Notes under the pieces: generated by a model
Database searches by the model: none
The model's input: only the letters and a program-made list of their open reading frames with translations
What the model was told of the DNA's origin: nothing
Translations under genes and position numbers: made by a program
NCBI GenBank assembly: GCA_020536535.1
Contig: JAHLWZ010000496.1
Coordinates: 1-64,000 of the forward strand
Reading direction: 5' to 3'
Length of the DNA stretch: 64,000 bases
DNA from: Pelomyxa schiedti
Taxonomy: Eukaryota > Protista > Evosea
Part shown: in pieces, positions 58,800-64,000 of the stretch
Position numbering within the stretch: position 1 is the first letter of the stretch
Layout: each line of letters begins with the position of its first letter

Positions 58800-60317
58800 G
58801 CTATCACAGTCCATGTTGGTACTTTAGGAGCTGGGAAGCGCGACAAATGGGATGAGAGTGCGCGTGCATCTGAACGCAGAGGATCGGATTTTCGCGAAAA
58901 CGCAACCCCTTTGCCGCTACTGGACTGCCTGGGCACAACTTGTGCCAACTTTTCAGAGGCACTTGGAGAAGCAACAGCAACAGCAACGAAGCCACGCAGC
59001 ACATACAATCAAACCCCACACCAGAGCAGTGGCCAATTCTTTGGTTGTGCTGGGTGTTGTTCATGGGTAATTTACGACAAGAAGTGTTGTACCTGTGACA
59101 TCAGGAAGCACAACTACCGCACCTGTCTCTGTCACGGGGGTCCTGTTTTGTCATTGGCAGTGTTTGGTCCGACTTGTGTAGCGGTGTGTCCCGTTGTAGT
59201 AATATAATGATAATACTTCATATTAACTCCCATCAAACTTGGATTTACTCTGTATGACAAGCCATGGTGCTGGATTGTAGGCACCATTATTTATGGAACA
59301 GTTACAAGTAACCGGTTAAACTTTTTTTCACTCTAAGCGAACTGAAAAGTTCTTCTTGGTCTGAGGCTATTTGGAACTTGTCTAAGATATAACAAAATCT
59401 ATGAGGCGGCACTACATAGAATATATGAGAATACTGATGACATTGAGAAGCGGTGGGTTCGCAAGTGCTTGTGTGCTCCTGAGTCACCTTTCACTTCGTC
59501 TTCACTTTTTGACTTTGTATTCTCTCTGACACCCCCACTCGCCTTGGTATTTGGGTATGCGTGTATCCATCACCTACGATTAAGTCTCTGGTGGTGGTAT
59601 CCACAATGAGGCCAATGCAGATGACAAAGGCTTTCTTCACTACCACGTTCCGGGCCTTCAACAGTACAAAGGAGAAGGCATCATATGATACTTCTACCCC
59701 AGAAGTTAGTCCTGCCAACAGTGGTGTGATTAACAGAAAGGAGTTAAAGAAGAAGTACCATGATCTCTATTCCACAGACGTTTGGACTTGCCCTGGAGGA
59801 ACGAAGATACTTTCCTGTTGGACTTGCCTATGTCTTTGCAAGCATGGAGTGGGTCATCGTGGGATTGGAGTGGATATCCTGGGGTGTGTAGTAATTATTC
59901 ACCTCTTTTGTAACCCTTGCTACAGCTCTTTCCCTTTTGGCCTTGATTGGGACCTGTTACTTCCTGCATGGAATTTTGGACACTAAATGGTGCATGTGCA
60001 AGTGTCTTGTGTCCACTCAGTTCATCACATTTATAATGAACTCGGTGACCTTTCTTCTAGCACTCCACCTGATCGCACTGTGGCAAGCGGGAATTGAGGT
60101 ACCAGGTTGGGTGACACAGTTCGTATGGGCTGGTCCCTGGAGAGTACCCTTGATACTATTCAAGGTTTTCTTTTCCCAGGTTCCAAAAACAGGGAAAGTA
60201 AGCACTCCCCAGTTGTCAGCACAACCTACCCCAGGTCCATTGCATACTTCAGAGCTTCCTCATAACAATGGAATGAAGAAAAACTGCGGCTCCAAATTGT
60301 TGAAACCATTTTTCTAG
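58800..60317 (+). pseudogene. Probable frameshifted Cys-rich membrane protein gene(s)
   Basis: Two segments each have a Cys cluster followed by hydrophobic helices (CCTC..RTCLCHGG; CWTCLCLCKHG). The hydrophobic reading continues only after frame changes at ~59.2 and ~59.9 kb. Confidence 0.3.
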
Positions 60318-60593
60318 CTGTGGTGCAGTGTACCCTGAAGGGACTACAAATCGATTGTAAGAAAGGATTCTCTTAATTCTCGTTTTCGTGTGTTGTGTGA
60401 TAGGAGATCAGAGTCCTGAGTCCGGTTCCAGGTTGGAGTGACCTCGAATCTGATGTCACTGTGCGGGACCCACCTCGGAAAATGGTTGGTGAGGAGTGTT
60501 ATATTCCCTACAAGATTTGAGACGGATCAACGATGCCATGACACCCAGAAGGAAACGAGTTAGTTAACTTTTCATTCAGAGAAAGAAGAACGA

Positions 60594-61908
60594 ATGAGTT
60601 CGTCAGGGAGACCTGTGCTGAGGGTAACGTACGGGGACCAAGCAGCGTACGGTGATGCGGACGTGAGGAACGTGTGGTCGTTGCAAGTGTTGTCAGATCT
60701 GCACCTCGAGATGGAGGGCCAGACAAACTTCTTGCGCCATTTCACTCCTTGTGCTCCCTACTTGGCATTGTGTGTGTGCACCGTCCTACTAGCAGCATAC
60801 AAATATTGGCAATTCATTCAACTAAGTGTGCTGGAGTCTCTTACAATTGTCATTTGTAGGTGTGGCGATATTGGGAACCCTTATGAGGAAGCCTATGTAG
60901 ATTTGCTGGCTGACGTGTCTACCAAATTTGAGCGAGTTTTTGTTGTTGCTGGCAACGTGTGCCATAATCCGGCTTTCCCTGCCATTCTGCTAACCTGCTT
61001 GTAGCACGAGTTTTATCGAAATGAATATACCGCAACGCGCAAATACATACGCGAGCTCTGTGGCGTATTTGGAAACGTTTCCTTCTTAGATCGTGACAGC
61101 ATTGTTGTTGGAAAGGTAAGAGTTATTGGGTGCACGTTGTGGTCATCTGAAGGCAGCCTCAGATTTAATGATTACTATATTATTAAATATGGAGACCGGT
61201 GGGTGTTTTTTTCACTCCCAATTGGCAAGTTCAACTAATTTATTCCCTAGAGTGCCCACTCCTGAAGACACAACTATATGGCATCACGAGGATGTAAATT
61301 TCATTGAGGAACAACTGGCACTCGCCGCTAGTGAGAATCAAGCTGTTGTGGGATTATCACATCACCTTCCTCACTTAACATGTGCCAGGTCTCTTGTTCT
61401 TTTTGCACAATTACATATTATTTATTCTTGTGCTTAAAGTATAGGAACTGACCTACGAGGAATGATATGTAGTCCTAGTTCCCCAGTTAGGATGTGGTGT
61501 TATGGGCATAGCCATGGCACTCTGAAGGAATCGTATGCAACAAGTCAAATTACCGCCACTTCTCATGATTTCATCAGGTTTGGCAAGCAACTATTAGTAT
61601 CAAATCAATTGGGATACCACTGGGCTATGAACCAAAGGGACACCCGATTCAGACCACACTGTGTAGCAGGTGACACTCTCACTACACTTGATACTCTCCA
61701 AATTAACCCTTTACAGCTATGGACATCACTCGCCCCAACCAATGGGTACTGGAAGGAGCACCCTTGCCCTAACTCCCAGAACCTAACCGTGGAAGTCCTT
61801 CCTACCAACTATGGCGCTTCACTTGCCTTGGCTGAGAAACCTCGTCGTTTGAACGATAAGTCAGAATCCACAAGTTTTTTTTTGTTTATTAATAAACCTG
61901 TTCGATGA
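60594..61908 (+). CDS. Calcineurin-like metallophosphoesterase
   Basis: LQVLSDLHLE, YLAL|CGDIG, VFVVAGN|HEFY, IGCTLWS, VGLSHHLP, WCYGHSH and VSNQLGY; C-terminal extension of unknown function. Confidence 0.82.
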
Positions 61909-62047
61909 CTATAAGTGATGCTGCACACGTGCTACGTACTAGAATGAGCAAAGCATCCACTGTCTAGATTCAGAATTCCCCGAAATGCCTTGAGAATCAG
62001 TGATTCCGAGGAAAAAGCGAGACAAGTGTCAAGGAGATCAGAAGAGG

Positions 62048-63286
62048 ATGCCCTACACTGAGTGTGTGCTAGCGATCCCTAGTGACGGTGTAATCCCACA
62101 ATTCGTTGTGCCTCCCATATTCGCTCGGGACCAGCTCGCTGCCCTCGCGACGGCCTACATCCGCCGGTGCGGATGCGGGTCCCCACTCCAAGTCCTCGGC
62201 CCCAGCCTCTCGATGGTCCTGAGGCTCCTCTGGGATCTCGTCCGCGAAACCCAGAAGATTTTCATCTCAGGCGCCAACGGTGAGATCCGCGGAATTGGTG
62301 GGTCCGATCAATACACGTATTCCTTCGGCGTGTCGCCTCTGCTTCTTGGAATAACGAGGCCACCGCGGAGCCAAAACACCTCGCATTTTCCCGACTCCGA
62401 ATGTGTTCAGTGGCTTGACGAGACACGCCTTTTGGACTCTGGGTTCGGTCTGAGAAAAGTTGGAAGTGCCGAGGTGATTAGCGTGATCGACTGCGACTTG
62501 GTGCACAGCCCTGCAACCAATTCCAGGTGGATTGCATACTGTGAAGCATTCCAAAATATGGGAGGGAGGGCCATGAAACTCGCAATCTCGAATCTTATGC
62601 ACCCAGACCCGGAGGGGACAAAACTTTCTCTTTTGCTTCCTACTTGCCCTCCTGTCGGTGCAAGATTGGAAATGTCTTTCCCCAGGCTATTACAAAATGA
62701 GCTTGTGATTGTCTATAGCAAGGACGAAGCGGGTCAGAGCTTCACATTTCTAGTGATTGATGTGGAGAAGACCTATACATCAAAATCCCTATGTATATTG
62801 AGCGAGACAAACTGCCAGTTTCCTGAGAAACAACACATAAGGGCGACTGTGTTAATGACCAAGAAAAGTGGTGCCCGGTCATTCATTGTGCTGGGAATTT
62901 ACATGCCCCCTTTCAGATTTAACCTCATTGAGGTGGAGGAGTTAAGTGGAAGAGTGAAAGATATTTCTCAATCTGATATGCAGGAGGTATCTCCAATATC
63001 TCTCTCGCAATTCTCTGTTTCCTATGCACAAGGCCCAAAGCTGTGTGATGTTTGGGACTGCAATGATACTACAAAGCCAGTCAAGATTTTTCTAGCTACT
63101 CCCGAGTCTAGTGATCATCCTGTGCGGATGCTTCGCAAGTCCCTAGCAGAGGATGGTTTCATTTTTACACTTGAGTTCAATGAACTCAAGGTGATTGAAG
63201 CCGCCTCTGGTTTTACTGTGATGCATTTGATTTACCCAGATAGAGACCTGACTGGCTTTGCCTATCCTGTTTGCGTCCATTCCTAG
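62048..63286 (+). CDS. Intronless hypothetical protein of an expanded family (ARDQLAALATAYIRRCGCGSPLQVL motif)
   Basis: Uninterrupted ORF of more than 400 codons, with a predicted beta-rich body after an N-terminal helical motif. Confidence 0.7.
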   Translation: MPYTECVLAIPSDGVIPQFVVPPIFARDQLAALATAYIRRCGCGSPLQVLGPSLSMVLRLLWDLVRETQKIFISGANGEIRGIGGSDQYTYSFGVSPLLLGITRPPRSQNTSHFPDSECVQWLDETRLLDSGFGLRKVGSAEVISVIDCDLVHSPATNSRWIAYCEAFQNMGGRAMKLAISNLMHPDPEGTKLSLLLPTCPPVGARLEMSFPRLLQNELVIVYSKDEAGQSFTFLVIDVEKTYTSKSLCILSETNCQFPEKQHIRATVLMTKKSGARSFIVLGIYMPPFRFNLIEVEELSGRVKDISQSDMQEVSPISLSQFSVSYAQGPKLCDVWDCNDTTKPVKIFLATPESSDHPVRMLRKSLAEDGFIFTLEFNELKVIEAASGFTVMHLIYPDRDLTGFAYPVCVHS

Positions 63287-64000
63287 AGACTGAAAAAGCA
63301 AAGAAAATTGAATTACATTTCACAACCTTATTCCCACCTCACACTCCCAAACCAAAGCAGCACCAACATTCAACCAACACACACAAAAAAAAAGATAGGT
63401 CAGACCTCCACACAAGCCATCCCCATTGATAGACCATTTGGTTGGCATCCAAAGGGCCCTGGGGAACGATCTTCACAAGTTCACGCTCTGACTTGTGGGA
63501 ATCAATGGCGGTCATCATCCCTATTTCACTTATGGACTCATGACTTGGATTCGGCACAATACTCCAGAAATGATCTTGAGAGTATGTCCAGAAGTTTTTG
63601 CTCTCGGATTCGCAATTTCTTTTTGAAATTTGGCTCATGCCACATTATGGGAATTTTTACGGAAGGAGATGCGCCCGAAACCGGTACCAGAAGTGCACCG
63701 GTACTGTCAAATTTCCCCCCGATCGAACCAGAAAATCGAATTGTTTACTCATGAATATTCAGGTGTTCCTTTTTATTTACGTTCTTCCACAAATTTCTGT
63801 GCAGCACCCAACAAAAGTGGGAGAGAAAGCAACAGTGGTTTCAGCACAGAGGCAATTGCCCTCTTGGCCTTTGCTGCAATCAGCACCCACTCATCCTGCC
63901 GTTCTTTGTGGCAGGATTCCAGCAGGCCGAGCATAATGGCGGAAGCCCAGACTTGTGCCCTCAGTGGTTCTGGTGTGATGGTGACCAGTTCCGCAGGAGT

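Overview
Gene-dense, intron-rich eukaryotic DNA (short GT-AG introns, standard genetic code, one 100-N gap at 35241-35340). By inference it is an amoebozoan, probably an archamoeba resembling Pelomyxa: it has a Lys-type phosphoglycerate dehydrogenase, a Dictyostelium-style ROCO kinase and two members of an expanded hypothetical family. Recognisable genes: X-family DNA polymerase, acid-sphingomyelinase-like phosphodiesterase, USP48-like deubiquitinase, PPR + tRNA m7G-methyltransferase fusion, TRIM-like RING/B-box protein with a Gly-rich C-terminal domain, ROCO-like kinase, tRNA-Leu(CAA), U6 snRNA, a disrupted PhnP-like hydrolase, PGDH, a decayed intron-containing hAT-like transposon, a head-to-head FHA pseudokinase/FHA kinase pair, cyclophilin B, a papain-family protease and a metallophosphoesterase. 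The best leads are: (1) a possible small-RNA promoter system, with a DUSE-like WCCCAWAA box 64 nt upstream of U6, the same box upstream of an unannotated double-hairpin RNA candidate (5833-5988), and a 6/8 match upstream of one of two near-identical stem-loops (46.0/48.1 kb); (2) the PPR-TrmB fusion; (3) the kinase/pseudokinase pair; (4) CpG-depletion signatures suggesting DNA methylation of repeats. Multi-exon gene coordinates are outer bounds inferred by eye. No database searches or folding programs were run.
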